Shown here: positions 36,902 through 45,168 of the stretch, piece after piece
Numbering within the stretch: position 1 is the stretch's first letter
Layout: each line of letters starts with the position of its first letter
Assembly (NCBI GenBank): GCA_964370085.1
Contig: CAYJHI010000001.1
Span: forward strand, 1 to 46,168
DNA length: 46,168 nucleotides
Source of the DNA: an uncultured Muribaculaceae bacterium
Lineage (GTDB): Bacteria > Bacillota_I > Bacilli_A > RF39 > UBA660
Reading direction: 5' to 3'
Translations under genes and position numbers: made by a program
The notes under the pieces: model-generated
Told to the model about the DNA's origin: nothing
The model's database searches: none
The model's input: the letters and a program-made list of their open reading frames with translations, nothing else

Positions 36902-36925
36902 AACTAACCTTTTTGGTTAGTTTTT
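36902..36925 (+). terminator. Rho-independent terminator of the cotD-like gene
   Basis: AACTAACC-ttttt-GGTTAGTT hairpin plus a T-run. Confidence 0.8.
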
Positions 36926-37011
36926 CTTTTTGTCAATTTTTGTCTAATTTTACACTATCGCTTGCGTTAATGTAAAATATCTTTTATTCTTAATATAGGG
37001 AGTGTGATACA

Positions 37012-37215
37012 ATGATTTATCCGTCTATTGATAAATTACTTAACATAGTAGATTCTAAATATGAATTAGTTCATATTGCTGCTAGAAGAAGTAAAGATAT
37101 GACGAAAACAGATTTTTATCAAATGCCTATTAACAAATACCAAAGTGATAAAAACATTGGTAAGGCGCTAGAAGAAGTAGTTGAAGGATGTATAACTGTT
37201 AAAGAAAAAGAATAA
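37012..37215 (+). CDS. rpoZ: DNA-directed RNA polymerase subunit omega
   Basis: MIYPSIDKLLNIVDSKYELVHIAARRSKDM matches B. subtilis RpoZ ([30 protein letters not shown]). Confidence 0.9.
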   Translation: MIYPSIDKLLNIVDSKYELVHIAARRSKDMTKTDFYQMPINKYQSDKNIGKALEEVVEGCITVKEKE

Positions 37216-37256
37216 AATTCTTTTTTTTTAGTGCTATAATATATATAGGAGGCTGT

Positions 37257-38012
37257 ATGATTAGAATATTAAAATTTAAAAAAATGAAAAATAACCAATA
37301 TAAATTGTCATTAGATAATAATATGGATTTATTATTATATGAAGAAGTTATTTTAAAAGAAGAATTGTTATTATCTAAAGTAATAAAAGATTTAGATAAA
37401 TTATTAGAAATTAATCAAAAGTATGATGTTTATTATACAGCATTAAAATATCTTGCTAAGCGTAATAAAACAAGTAAAGAATTATCTGATTATTTAAAGA
37501 AGTTAGAGTATCCAACTGATTTAATTGATTCTACTATTAAATTATTAGTTGAGCAGTCATACTTAAATGATTCTTTATATGTAGAAGCTTATATTAATCA
37601 AAAGATTGCAATTAGCTCTAGTGGTCCTTCTAAAATAAGAGATGAACTTTTAAAGAAGGGTGTTAGTGAAGATGTTATAAGCGATAAACTTTCTGTTTTT
37701 ACTTATGTATTACAATTAGAAAAGGTTAATCATATTATAGAGAAACTTATTAAAACAAATAGAAGTAAAAGTTCTTTTCAACTTAAGAATAAAATAATTA
37801 ATTATTTAGTTCAACAAGGTTATAGTGTTGATCTAATTAAAAGTGAGATTTCTAATTATTCTTTTAGTGATGAGAAAGATTTGGTTTTAAAGGAATATAA
37901 TAAAATTAAAAAACGTTTATCTCGTAAGTATAGTGATAAAGAATTAGAGTTTAAAATTAAACAGCAGTTATATAAAAAAGGTTTTAAATTAAATGATTAT
38001 GATGAAATATAA
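37257..38012 (+). CDS. recX: Regulatory protein RecX
   Basis: 251 aa of repeated three-helix units. Contains YYTALKYLAKRNKTSKELSDYLKK and SGPSKIRDELLKKGV. Confidence 0.7.
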   Translation: MIRILKFKKMKNNQYKLSLDNNMDLLLYEEVILKEELLLSKVIKDLDKLLEINQKYDVYYTALKYLAKRNKTSKELSDYLKKLEYPTDLIDSTIKLLVEQSYLNDSLYVEAYINQKIAISSSGPSKIRDELLKKGVSEDVISDKLSVFTYVLQLEKVNHIIEKLIKTNRSKSSFQLKNKIINYLVQQGYSVDLIKSEISNYSFSDEKDLVLKEYNKIKKRLSRKYSDKELEFKIKQQLYKKGFKLNDYDEI

Positions 38013-38022
38013 ATTTCCAAAT

Positions 38023-38051
38023 AAAAAAGACTACATTGTTGTAGTCTTTTT
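38023..38051. terminator. Bidirectional terminator between recX and prsA
   Basis: AAAAGACTACA-ttgt-TGTAGTCTTTT. Confidence 0.8.
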
Positions 38052-38053
38052 AC

Positions 38054-39055
38054 TTAAGCATTTTCTCTAACTGTGTCTAATAATTCTTCCATGTATTCAT
38101 CATATTGTTCTTTTAAGTTAGAATCTTCAAAACTCATACCGAATTCAGTTCTGATAGTCATTAAAGTAGTATATTGTAATTCTACATCGTTCATGATTTT
38201 TTCATCCATAATTGTTGTAATAATATCTTCTTTAATTTCATCTAATTCTACTTTTTCTTTTTCATCTGTTTTTAAGATAATATGATAACCATATGTAGTT
38301 TTAACAGGTTCAGTTGAATACTTATCTGTTTCTAATTTAGTTGCTTCTTCAACGAATAAATCATCAAAGTCACCATTTTTGTTAATGAATCCTACATATC
38401 CACCATTTTCTTTAGTTCCTTCATCTTCTGAAAGTTCTTTGGCGATATCTTCAAAGCTTTCACCATTGTTTAATCTTTCGATAATAGCTTTAGCTTCATT
38501 TAATGCGTCTTCTTCTGCAGTAGTGATTTCATCTTCAGTCATTCCATCTACTGTATTTGGTTTGATTAAGATATGACTTACTTCGATATCTCCAATTACT
38601 TCATTATTATAGTAATCGTTTATTTCTCCATCAGTAATAGCACTTTTAATATGATCTTCAATTGCAATTCCACGTCTGTGGTCAAGCATTAAGATTTCTC
38701 TTAACTCTTCTTCATTTGATACCCCATAGTATTGTTGTATCATTGAATTAAATTGTAATACATCATTTCCAACTTGTGCTTTTAGTTCGATAATTTGACT
38801 ATCGATTGTTTCTTCTTGTTCTTCAGTAACAGGATAGTGTTCATCTAATATATTTTTATCAATCATATCGATTAAAACACCAATAGCATTTGTTTTAGTT
38901 AATTCTGTATATAACTCATCTGCTGATATTCCGCTTTCTTCTCCGAATGTTACAACGGCTTCTTGTCCGTTTTCTAATTTTGCTATTTCTCCACATCCAG
39001 TAACAGTTAATAACATTACTGACATTGCAGAAAGTACTAGTATTTTCTTTTTCAT
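38054..39055 (-). CDS. prsA: Foldase lipoprotein PrsA (parvulin-type PPIase)
   Basis: Lipobox in MKKKILVLSAMSVMLLTVTGC. Parvulin domain (EVSHILIK...NGGYVGF...YGYHII). Confidence 0.9.
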   Translation of the reverse strand: MKKKILVLSAMSVMLLTVTGCGEIAKLENGQEAVVTFGEESGISADELYTELTKTNAIGVLIDMIDKNILDEHYPVTEEQEETIDSQIIELKAQVGNDVLQFNSMIQQYYGVSNEEELREILMLDHRRGIAIEDHIKSAITDGEINDYYNNEVIGDIEVSHILIKPNTVDGMTEDEITTAEEDALNEAKAIIERLNNGESFEDIAKELSEDEGTKENGGYVGFINKNGDFDDLFVEEATKLETDKYSTEPVKTTYGYHIILKTDEKEKVELDEIKEDIITTIMDEKIMNDVELQYTTLMTIRTEFGMSFEDSNLKEQYDEYMEELLDTVRENA

Positions 39056-39118
39056 TTATATCCTCCTTTAAATACGTACTTATATCATAACAATAAAGGC
39101 TGAAGATTGCAATATTTA

Positions 39119-39147
39119 TAGACAATAAACCACAAAAAGTATATAAT
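39119..39147 (+). promoter_or_regulatory. Sigma-A-type promoter of the ABC-F leader
   Basis: TAGACA, a 17-nt spacer, then TATAAT. The predicted transcription start falls at about the leader RBS. Confidence 0.45.
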
Positions 39148-39166
39148 ATTTTTAGGAGGTAAGACT

Positions 39167-39223
39167 ATGTTTTATTTTAATGTTGTAATTATGTATAAAA
39201 ATAATAGTCATACCTGTTCTTAA
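39167..39223 (+). CDS. 18-codon leader peptide ORF (MFYFNVVIMYKNNSHTCS)
   Basis: AGGAGG RBS 7 nt upstream. Lies in the 5' leader of the ABC-F gene and is followed by hairpins and an intrinsic terminator. Not in the ORF track. Confidence 0.5.
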   Translation: MFYFNVVIMYKNNSHTCS

Positions 39224-39274
39224 GTTATCTATAACTTTAATAGCAGGTGTGATGTTTTAATTGTGCCTGCATCC

Positions 39275-39305
39275 AACCATATGGATGTTTTCCATATGGT
39301 TTTTA
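39275..39305 (+). terminator. Leader (attenuator) terminator upstream of the ABC-F gene
   Basis: Perfect 11-bp stem AACCATATGGA-tgttt-TCCATATGGTT followed by a T-run, ending about 6 nt before the GAGGAGG RBS of the ABC-F CDS. A competing CATCCA-accata-TGGATG hairpin overlaps its 5' arm. Confidence 0.75.
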
Positions 39306-39321
39306 TATTAGAGGAGGAAAT

Positions 39322-40935
39322 ATGATAGATATTAGTATAAACAAAGGTGTTAAGTCATTTGGTTTTGGAAATATATTAAATAATGTCTCTTTAGATATTA
39401 TGAATAAAGAAAGAATAGCTATTATAGGAGATAATGGAAGTGGAAAAAGCACTTTATTAAAACTTATAGTGGGATTAGAACAATTCACTTCAGGTACCTT
39501 ATCTTTGCGTAGTAAAATTACATTAGGTTATTTAGAGCAATTAGAAGATAAAAAATATAGTAGTATTACAGTTAGAGATATTTTATATGAAAGTGTTAGT
39601 GATATTACGAAGATGGAATCTAAATTAAGAAGTTTGGAAGAAAAGATGGCTAATTGTAGTGGTAATGACTTAGATGATTTACTTAGACGATATGGTAATT
39701 TACAAGAAGCTTTTATTACTGTAGGTGGCTATGAAGTTTCTGAAAAGGTTGGTCGTATTATAACTGGTTTTAAATTAGAAGGGTTACTTAGTTCTTTATT
39801 TGGTACTTTGAGTGGTGGTGAGAAAAGAATAGTTAGTCTTGCTAAAATTATGGTTAATAATCCTGATGTTTTATTGTTAGATGAACCTACTAATCACTTA
39901 GATATTGAAACATTAGATTGGTTAGAAAAATATTTAAGAAACTATGATGGAACTGTTATTATTGTTTCACATGACCGTTTCTTTTTAGATCAGGTTGTTA
40001 ATAAAACAATTTTAATCGAAAGAGGCGAGTTAGAAATATTTCATGGTAATTATAGTTATTATGTAGAAGAAAAAGAAAAGAAAGTCTTAATAGAATTTGA
40101 AAAATATAAAAATCAACAGAAACAAATAGAGGCAATGAGGGCATCTATTAAGAAATTGCGTGAATATGGTAGGTTAGCTTCTCCTATGGGAGGTGAACAG
40201 TTTTTTAGACGTGCTGCTAGTATTGAAAAGCGTTTAGAGAAAATAGAAATGTTGAATAAACCTTTAACTAAAAAAGATTTGCCATTATCTTTTGAAATGG
40301 AAAATAGGTCTAGTAGGGATGTTGTTATGATTGATAAATTAGATATGTTTATTGGAGATAGAAATTTGTTAAGAAAAGCATCGATGCAAATTAAATATAA
40401 AGACTGTATTTGTTTATTTGGTAATAATGGTTGTGGAAAGAGTACTTTAATTAAGGAAATACTAAATAATAATAATTCTAATATTACAGTGGGTAATAGA
40501 GTTAAAATAGGTTATATACCTCAAGAAGTAGAATTTATTGATTCTGAAATGAGTGTTTTTAGTTATGCTAGATCTTTCTTTATAGGAGAAGATTCTCATT
40601 TACGTGCTGCTTTAGTTAAGTTTTTATTTTATAATGAGGATATTTTTAAGAAGTTAAAAGTACTTTCTGGTGGAGAAAAGATTCGTTTAAAACTATTTGA
40701 ATTAATATGTAAGAAGGCTAATTTTTTAATCTTTGATGAACCTACTAATCATATAGATATTAATACTAAGGAAATGTTAGAAGATGCTTTAAAAGATTTT
40801 GAGGGAACTGTTTTATTTGTGTCTCATGATAGATATTTTATTAATAAGATTGCTAATAAAATATATTTAATAGAGAATAATCAACTTAATCTTTTTTTAG
40901 GTAATTATGACGAGTACAAAGAAAAGTTTAAATAA
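39322..40935 (+). CDS. ABC-F family ATPase (two ABC domains, no TMD); candidate ribosome-protection/ARE type
   Basis: Walker A GDNGSGKST and GNNGCGKST. Signatures LSGGEKR and LSGGEKI. Walker B LLLDEPTNHLD and LIFDEPTNHID. K/R/E-rich inter-domain linker. Confidence 0.9.
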   Translation: MIDISINKGVKSFGFGNILNNVSLDIMNKERIAIIGDNGSGKSTLLKLIVGLEQFTSGTLSLRSKITLGYLEQLEDKKYSSITVRDILYESVSDITKMESKLRSLEEKMANCSGNDLDDLLRRYGNLQEAFITVGGYEVSEKVGRIITGFKLEGLLSSLFGTLSGGEKRIVSLAKIMVNNPDVLLLDEPTNHLDIETLDWLEKYLRNYDGTVIIVSHDRFFLDQVVNKTILIERGELEIFHGNYSYYVEEKEKKVLIEFEKYKNQQKQIEAMRASIKKLREYGRLASPMGGEQFFRRAASIEKRLEKIEMLNKPLTKKDLPLSFEMENRSSRDVVMIDKLDMFIGDRNLLRKASMQIKYKDCICLFGNNGCGKSTLIKEILNNNNSNITVGNRVKIGYIPQEVEFIDSEMSVFSYARSFFIGEDSHLRAALVKFLFYNEDIFKKLKVLSGGEKIRLKLFELICKKANFLIFDEPTNHIDINTKEMLEDALKDFEGTVLFVSHDRYFINKIANKIYLIENNQLNLFLGNYDEYKEKFK

Positions 40936-40941
40936 CATATC

Positions 40942-40969
40942 ACCAAAATGATAGTTAAGCCATACAATA
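40942..40969 (+). promoter_or_regulatory. Mother-cell (sigma-K/E-type) promoter candidate for the yjcZ-like genes
   Basis: AC, a 17-nt spacer, then CATACAATA. It matches the sigma-K AC-16/17-CATAnnnTA pattern and the sigma-E -10 CATACAaT pattern. Lies about 25 nt before the AAGGAGGT RBS. Confidence 0.45.
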
Positions 40970-41001
40970 AGATGAATACCAGAAAAAAGGAGGTAATCAC
41001 T

Positions 41002-41082
41002 ATGTGTAACAATGTTTCACCTGCTGCAGTAGTTTTAGTTTTATTCATTTTATTAGTTATCATAATCGGTGCTTACGTATAA
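41002..41082 (+). CDS. yjcZ: YjcZ-like sporulation micro-protein (26 aa: MCNNVSPAAVVLVLFILLVIIIGAYV)
   Basis: AAGGAGGT RBS. The hydrophobic core VLVLFILLVIIIGA matches the YjcZ family pattern (ALIVVLFILLIIVGA). Below the ORF-track size cut-off. Confidence 0.6.
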   Translation: MCNNVSPAAVVLVLFILLVIIIGAYV

Positions 41083-41101
41083 TCATTAAGGGGGTGTAAA
41101 T

Positions 41102-41209
41102 ATGTCTTGTCCTAACACAACTTCTTCTAATGGTAATTGTGGGTTTGTTGTAATCGTTGTATTATATATTTTAATCGCAATTATCTTAGGAGCTAAAAAT
41201 TCTTGCTAA
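41102..41209 (+). CDS. YjcZ-like sporulation micro-protein, second copy (35 aa: MSCPNTTSSNGNCGFVVIVVLYILIAIILGAKNSC)
   Basis: AGGGGGTG RBS. GFVVIVVLYILIAIILGA core, with Cys residues near both ends. Confidence 0.55.
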   Translation: MSCPNTTSSNGNCGFVVIVVLYILIAIILGAKNSC

Positions 41210-41230
41210 GAGTGTAATGCTCTTTTTTAA

Positions 41231-41262
41231 CAAAAAACAACTACTCGGTTAGTTGTTTTTGT
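41231..41262. terminator. Bidirectional terminator between the yjcZ-like genes and hit
   Basis: AACAACTA-ctcggt-TAGTTGTT flanked by an A-run and a T-run. Includes the hit stop codon. Coordinates are accurate to about 2 nt. Confidence 0.65.
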
Positions 41263-41630
41263 ATGTCTTTTAAATTTTTAATTATTTCTTTATTAAAAGT
41301 ATGTTCATGTTTATCGTTAAAATATCTTGGTGTTAGGTGAATATGAAAATGTTTTATCTCTTGTCCATATTCATTGTTTTGAGCAATTGTTAATCCTTCA
41401 AAATTAAGTTTGTTTTTCCATGTTTCATATTTATCTTTTATTATTTTATAAATATAAGTTATTTCTTCTAATGGCATATCAGTAATATTTTCATAATGAT
41501 CTTTTGGTATTATTAACATGTCTCCATTAGTAGAAGGTTTAATATCTAAGAATATAATTACCTTACTATCTTCATATATTATTTCACTTGGTATTTCTTT
41601 ATTAATTATTTTACAAAATAGACAATCCAT
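41241..41630 (-). CDS. hit: HIT family (histidine triad) protein
   Basis: True start MDCLFCKII at 41630 behind AAAGGAG (the track TTG at 41651 is an extension). Histidine triad HFHIHLTPR. Confidence 0.9.
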   Translation of the reverse strand: MDCLFCKIINKEIPSEIIYEDSKVIIFLDIKPSTNGDMLIIPKDHYENITDMPLEEITYIYKIIKDKYETWKNKLNFEGLTIAQNNEYGQEIKHFHIHLTPRYFNDKHEHTFNKEIIKNLKDIQKQLTE

Positions 41631-41631
41631 T

Positions 41632-42360
41632 TTAAACTCCTTTTTCAACAATTATATTATAATCATTTAATGCTATTTTATGATCTGAGATAATGATAGG
41701 AAGAATAGTAATTAAGTCTTCTCTTGTAATAAACTCTTTTGTTATATTTGATAATTTATATGTTTCTTCAACAGTAGTTATTTTTAAAGAGTATTCAGTT
41801 ATATTATAAAGATTATTATGGTTTAAAAGTTCTAATAAATCTTTCGCAATTATTTCTGCTTCAAATGTTTGATGAACTATTTCTTTATTTAAAGTATATA
41901 TTGGTAGAAGATTAATCTCTTTATCGTTAATTAAATCTTCTTTAGTGTTATCACTCATTTGATCTAACTCTAGATTAATAGTAATATATTCTTCTTTGTT
42001 ATATTTATTAATATCTTTTTCAATACTCTCTATTAAACTTAATCCTTTGTAGTATTCTTCTTCATAGTTTTCAGATATTGTTCCATCTTCATTATAAGTT
42101 ATTATAAATGTTAAATTTTCATTTATATTATTAGTAATAGTTCTAGAGTAACTCTTATCTTCAATATTGAAATTTGTTTCTTCGATCATTGCTTCTTTTT
42201 CAATATTATTAAAATTTTCTTCTATATAAGTATCTAGTTTTTTATTAATGTTGTTAAGTGCAAAGATGTTTCCTTTTTCAGAAAAGATTAATAATCCTAA
42301 AGATACTATTGCTATTAAGAATACTAAAGACATACCAATCATTAAATTATTTTTTTTCAT
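41632..42360 (-). CDS. Membrane-anchored protein of unknown function (242 aa)
   Basis: N-terminal TM (MIGMSLVFLIAIVSLGLLIF) and an N/E/I-rich extracytoplasmic part. The stop lies 1 nt before the hit start. Confidence 0.6.
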   Translation of the reverse strand: MKKNNLMIGMSLVFLIAIVSLGLLIFSEKGNIFALNNINKKLDTYIEENFNNIEKEAMIEETNFNIEDKSYSRTITNNINENLTFIITYNEDGTISENYEEEYYKGLSLIESIEKDINKYNKEEYITINLELDQMSDNTKEDLINDKEINLLPIYTLNKEIVHQTFEAEIIAKDLLELLNHNNLYNITEYSLKITTVEETYKLSNITKEFITREDLITILPIIISDHKIALNDYNIIVEKGV

Positions 42361-42391
42361 TTTATCACCATTTATATTGTACCTATTATTA

Positions 42392-42421
42392 ACAAAAAAA
42401 ACAACCTTATTAGGTTGTTTA
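42392..42421 (-). terminator. Rho-independent terminator of the 247-aa gene
   Basis: On the minus strand, AAACAACCT-aata-AGGTTGTTT followed by a T8 run. Confidence 0.75.
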
Positions 42422-42456
42422 GTGAATACAGCGAATATTCATTTTAATTATGTAAC

Positions 42457-43200
42457 TTAAATTCTTTTTTTATTCACTTTAGTTGGAAGATAAGGTTTAT
42501 TATATTCTTCTAGTTTATCTAAAGTGTTATTTCTGTTTAAAGTTGTATTTGCCATATAACTTTCTGTTAATGTTGCTTCTGATAGAGTAGTGATAAATAA
42601 ATTAGATTCGTCTAATATTTTATATTCTAGTGTAATAATGTCTTTTCCTAGTACTTCACCTTTGTTGTTGACAGTTAGTTGGTACTGCTCAATTGATTCT
42701 AGAGATGTGTCACTTGTAATTTTTTCTTCAGTTAAGCTTTTAATACTTTCTAAAGTCTTTTGTAATTTTCTTTTCATAATTGGGATAGCCATTTTATAGT
42801 TACTTTGAGTATTAGCAATATGCTTGCTATCAACTTTGTATAATAATGAACCCATTTCTTTATCAATATCTTTATTATTATGGTCATAGTATAAAGCGGT
42901 AGCACTCATTAAGGCTTCTTTATAGGGAGTACCATTACTTTGAATTCTTCTTGCTAGTATTTCAATCATTGATGGAGCATATAAATAATTGTCTTTGGCA
43001 AAACGATCAAATTTAGTTGCTCTTTCTTTAGAGGAAGATGTTATTTCTTCTTCAGTTGCAATGACTTTTATAATACTATCTCTTTCAAAATCGTCTTCTA
43101 GATGTTCTAAGTAAGTAGAGATACTTATTTTAAATTCTCCTTCTAGTTGGTCTTTTAATGTTGTGATTGGATAATAATTGTTTTCTTTAATTTTACTCAT
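42457..43200 (-). CDS. Hypothetical protein (247 aa)
   Basis: GGAGAA RBS. Soluble, charged, no motif recognised. Confidence 0.6.
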   Translation of the reverse strand: MSKIKENNYYPITTLKDQLEGEFKISISTYLEHLEDDFERDSIIKVIATEEEITSSSKERATKFDRFAKDNYLYAPSMIEILARRIQSNGTPYKEALMSATALYYDHNNKDIDKEMGSLLYKVDSKHIANTQSNYKMAIPIMKRKLQKTLESIKSLTEEKITSDTSLESIEQYQLTVNNKGEVLGKDIITLEYKILDESNLFITTLSEATLTESYMANTTLNRNNTLDKLEEYNKPYLPTKVNKKRI

Positions 43201-43395
43201 AAATTCTCCTAATGTTTTTTAGTATAACTCTGTTAGTTTTGTTTGTCAACTTTACTTTTATCTAAAAATATGTTAAAATAGGCGGCAATATGAAGAGATT
43301 GTATTTAATTTGTGATAAAATAGATTTATTAGTTAAAATATAATGTTTTGATTTTTAAAAGAAGAATAAAATAATAAGAATGATGGGGTGATAAA

Positions 43396-44592
43396 ATGAA
43401 TAGAGAAGATTTTCCTATAATAGATGATAAATTAATTTATTTAGATAATGGAGCGACTACTTTAAAACCTAAAGTTGTTGTGGAAGAAATTAATGATTAT
43501 TATTTGAAACATAGTGTTAATATTCATCGTGGTGATTATGATCTTGCTAAGAAGGTTGATGATTTATATGATGATGCTAGGAAGACTGTTAAAGAATTTA
43601 TTGGTGCTCATCGTAGTGAAGAGATTATATTTACTAAGGGTACTACCAATAGTTTAAATATGGTTGTTTTTGGTTATATGAAGAAACATTTAAAAAGTGG
43701 TGATGAGGTTTTAATTACTAAAGCAGAACATGCTTCTAATATACTTCCTTGGTTAGAACTAGTTAAATCTAATAATATTGTTCTTAAATATATGGATCTT
43801 GATGAAGAATATTGTTTATTAACAGAGAGTGTGGAAAAAAGTATTTCTTCTAGAACTAAGGTTATTTCAATTGCGGCTTTGACTAATGTAATTGGGGATG
43901 TTAGAGATATAGAAGCGATTGGAAAAATATGTAGAGATAATAATATTTTATTTGTAGTAGATGGGGCACAGAGTGTTCCACATATGAAGACTGATGTAGT
44001 CAGAGATAATATTGATTTCTTAGCTTTTTCTTCACATAAGATGTTAGGACCTACTGGTGTTGGTGTTTTATATGGAAGATATGAGCTTTTATATGAAATG
44101 GATCCAATTGAATTTGGAGGAGGAATGAGTGCGTTTTTTGAAGCTGATGGGAGTAATGAATTTAGAGATATTCCTAATTGTTTTGAAGCGGGAACACCTC
44201 CGATTGCACAAGTACTAGGGTTAAAAAAAGCAATTGATTATTTAAATGATATTGGTATGGATAAAGTATATGAACATGAATTAGAACTTAAGAGATATTT
44301 TATTGACCAGACTAAGGATATAGACAATTTAGTTATATATAATAAAAATACTAAGTCTGGTATAATTACATTTAACATTAAGGATGTTTTTAGTCAGGAT
44401 AGTGCGATATTCTTAAATCATTTTGGGATATGTGTAAGAGCAGGTAATCATTGTGCGAAAATATTAAAAGATGAAATTAATACGCGTAATACTTGTAGAT
44501 TGAGTTTTTATTTATATAATACAAAAGAAGAAGTAGATAAAGTAGTAGGAGTATTAAAAAGAAGTAGAGATATATTTAATATTATCTTGTAG
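43396..44592 (+). CDS. sufS: Cysteine desulfurase SufS
   Basis: FPIIDDKLIYLDNGATT, PLP-lysine motif SSHKMLGPTG, catalytic RAGNHCA. GGGGTGA RBS. Confidence 0.93.
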   Translation: MNREDFPIIDDKLIYLDNGATTLKPKVVVEEINDYYLKHSVNIHRGDYDLAKKVDDLYDDARKTVKEFIGAHRSEEIIFTKGTTNSLNMVVFGYMKKHLKSGDEVLITKAEHASNILPWLELVKSNNIVLKYMDLDEEYCLLTESVEKSISSRTKVISIAALTNVIGDVRDIEAIGKICRDNNILFVVDGAQSVPHMKTDVVRDNIDFLAFSSHKMLGPTGVGVLYGRYELLYEMDPIEFGGGMSAFFEADGSNEFRDIPNCFEAGTPPIAQVLGLKKAIDYLNDIGMDKVYEHELELKRYFIDQTKDIDNLVIYNKNTKSGIITFNIKDVFSQDSAIFLNHFGICVRAGNHCAKILKDEINTRNTCRLSFYLYNTKEEVDKVVGVLKRSRDIFNIIL

Positions 44593-44599
44593 GAGTTTT

Positions 44600-45010
44600 A
44601 TGAATAAAGAAGAGAAGAGAAATATAATAATTGATAACTATAATAATCCTTATAATAGAGGACTTAGTGGTGATAGTAAGTACAAGAAGTCTAATACTTT
44701 TATTTCTTCTTGTATTGATAATATTGATTTAGAAATTCTTATTGAAGAAGATATTATTTTAGATATTAGATTTGATGGTGAAGCTTGTGCGATTGCTACT
44801 TCTGCTACTTCTATTATGATTAAGACATTAATTGGTAAGAGTGTATTAGAAGTTAGAAATATTATTGATAATTATGAGAAGATGATTAATAATTTAGAGT
44901 GTGATAAGAGTTTATTAGGAGAATTAGTAGTGTATGATGATATATATTTACAACCTAATAGAAAGAAATGTGCTTTATTAGCAATGGAAGCATTAAAAAA
45001 AGTTTTATAA
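44600..45010 (+). CDS. sufU: SUF sulfur-transfer/scaffold protein SufU (IscU-like)
   Basis: NPYNRG motif and three conserved Cys contexts (SSCID, GEACAIATSA, KKCALLA). 136 aa. Confidence 0.88.
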   Translation: MNKEEKRNIIIDNYNNPYNRGLSGDSKYKKSNTFISSCIDNIDLEILIEEDIILDIRFDGEACAIATSATSIMIKTLIGKSVLEVRNIIDNYEKMINNLECDKSLLGELVVYDDIYLQPNRKKCALLAMEALKKVL

Positions 45011-45044
45011 CTTATAAAGTTGTATTTAGATAAGTGTAATATTA

Positions 45045-45082
45045 AAGAAAAGTTTATTTTGTATGAGACTTTTCTTTTTTTT
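45045..45082 (+). terminator. Rho-independent terminator of sufSU
   Basis: AAGAAAAGT, a 14-nt loop, then ACTTTTCTT, plus a T-run. Confidence 0.65.
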
Positions 45083-45168
45083 AGTTACTATCTTGTTCTT
45101 ATTTTAATATTATAGTCATTTGTGTTATTACTTTTATCCCTGTATGATGTCTTCGAAAGGAGGGTTTT

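Noticed and set aside
36490-36903. A 137-aa ORF on the minus strand covering the same DNA as the cotD-like gene.
   Set aside because: The plus-strand frame has a strong GAGGAGG RBS, a downstream terminator in the right orientation and a CotD-like His/Pro/Cys pattern. The minus frame has none of these.
43201-43395. A riboswitch or T-box in the long leader upstream of sufS, and similarly upstream of thiI/nifS and ackA.
   Set aside because: No conserved riboswitch cores were recognisable (T-box AGAGA/GNUGGNA, TPP CUGAGA, SAM and so on). The regions are simple AT-rich spacers with promoter-like hexamers.
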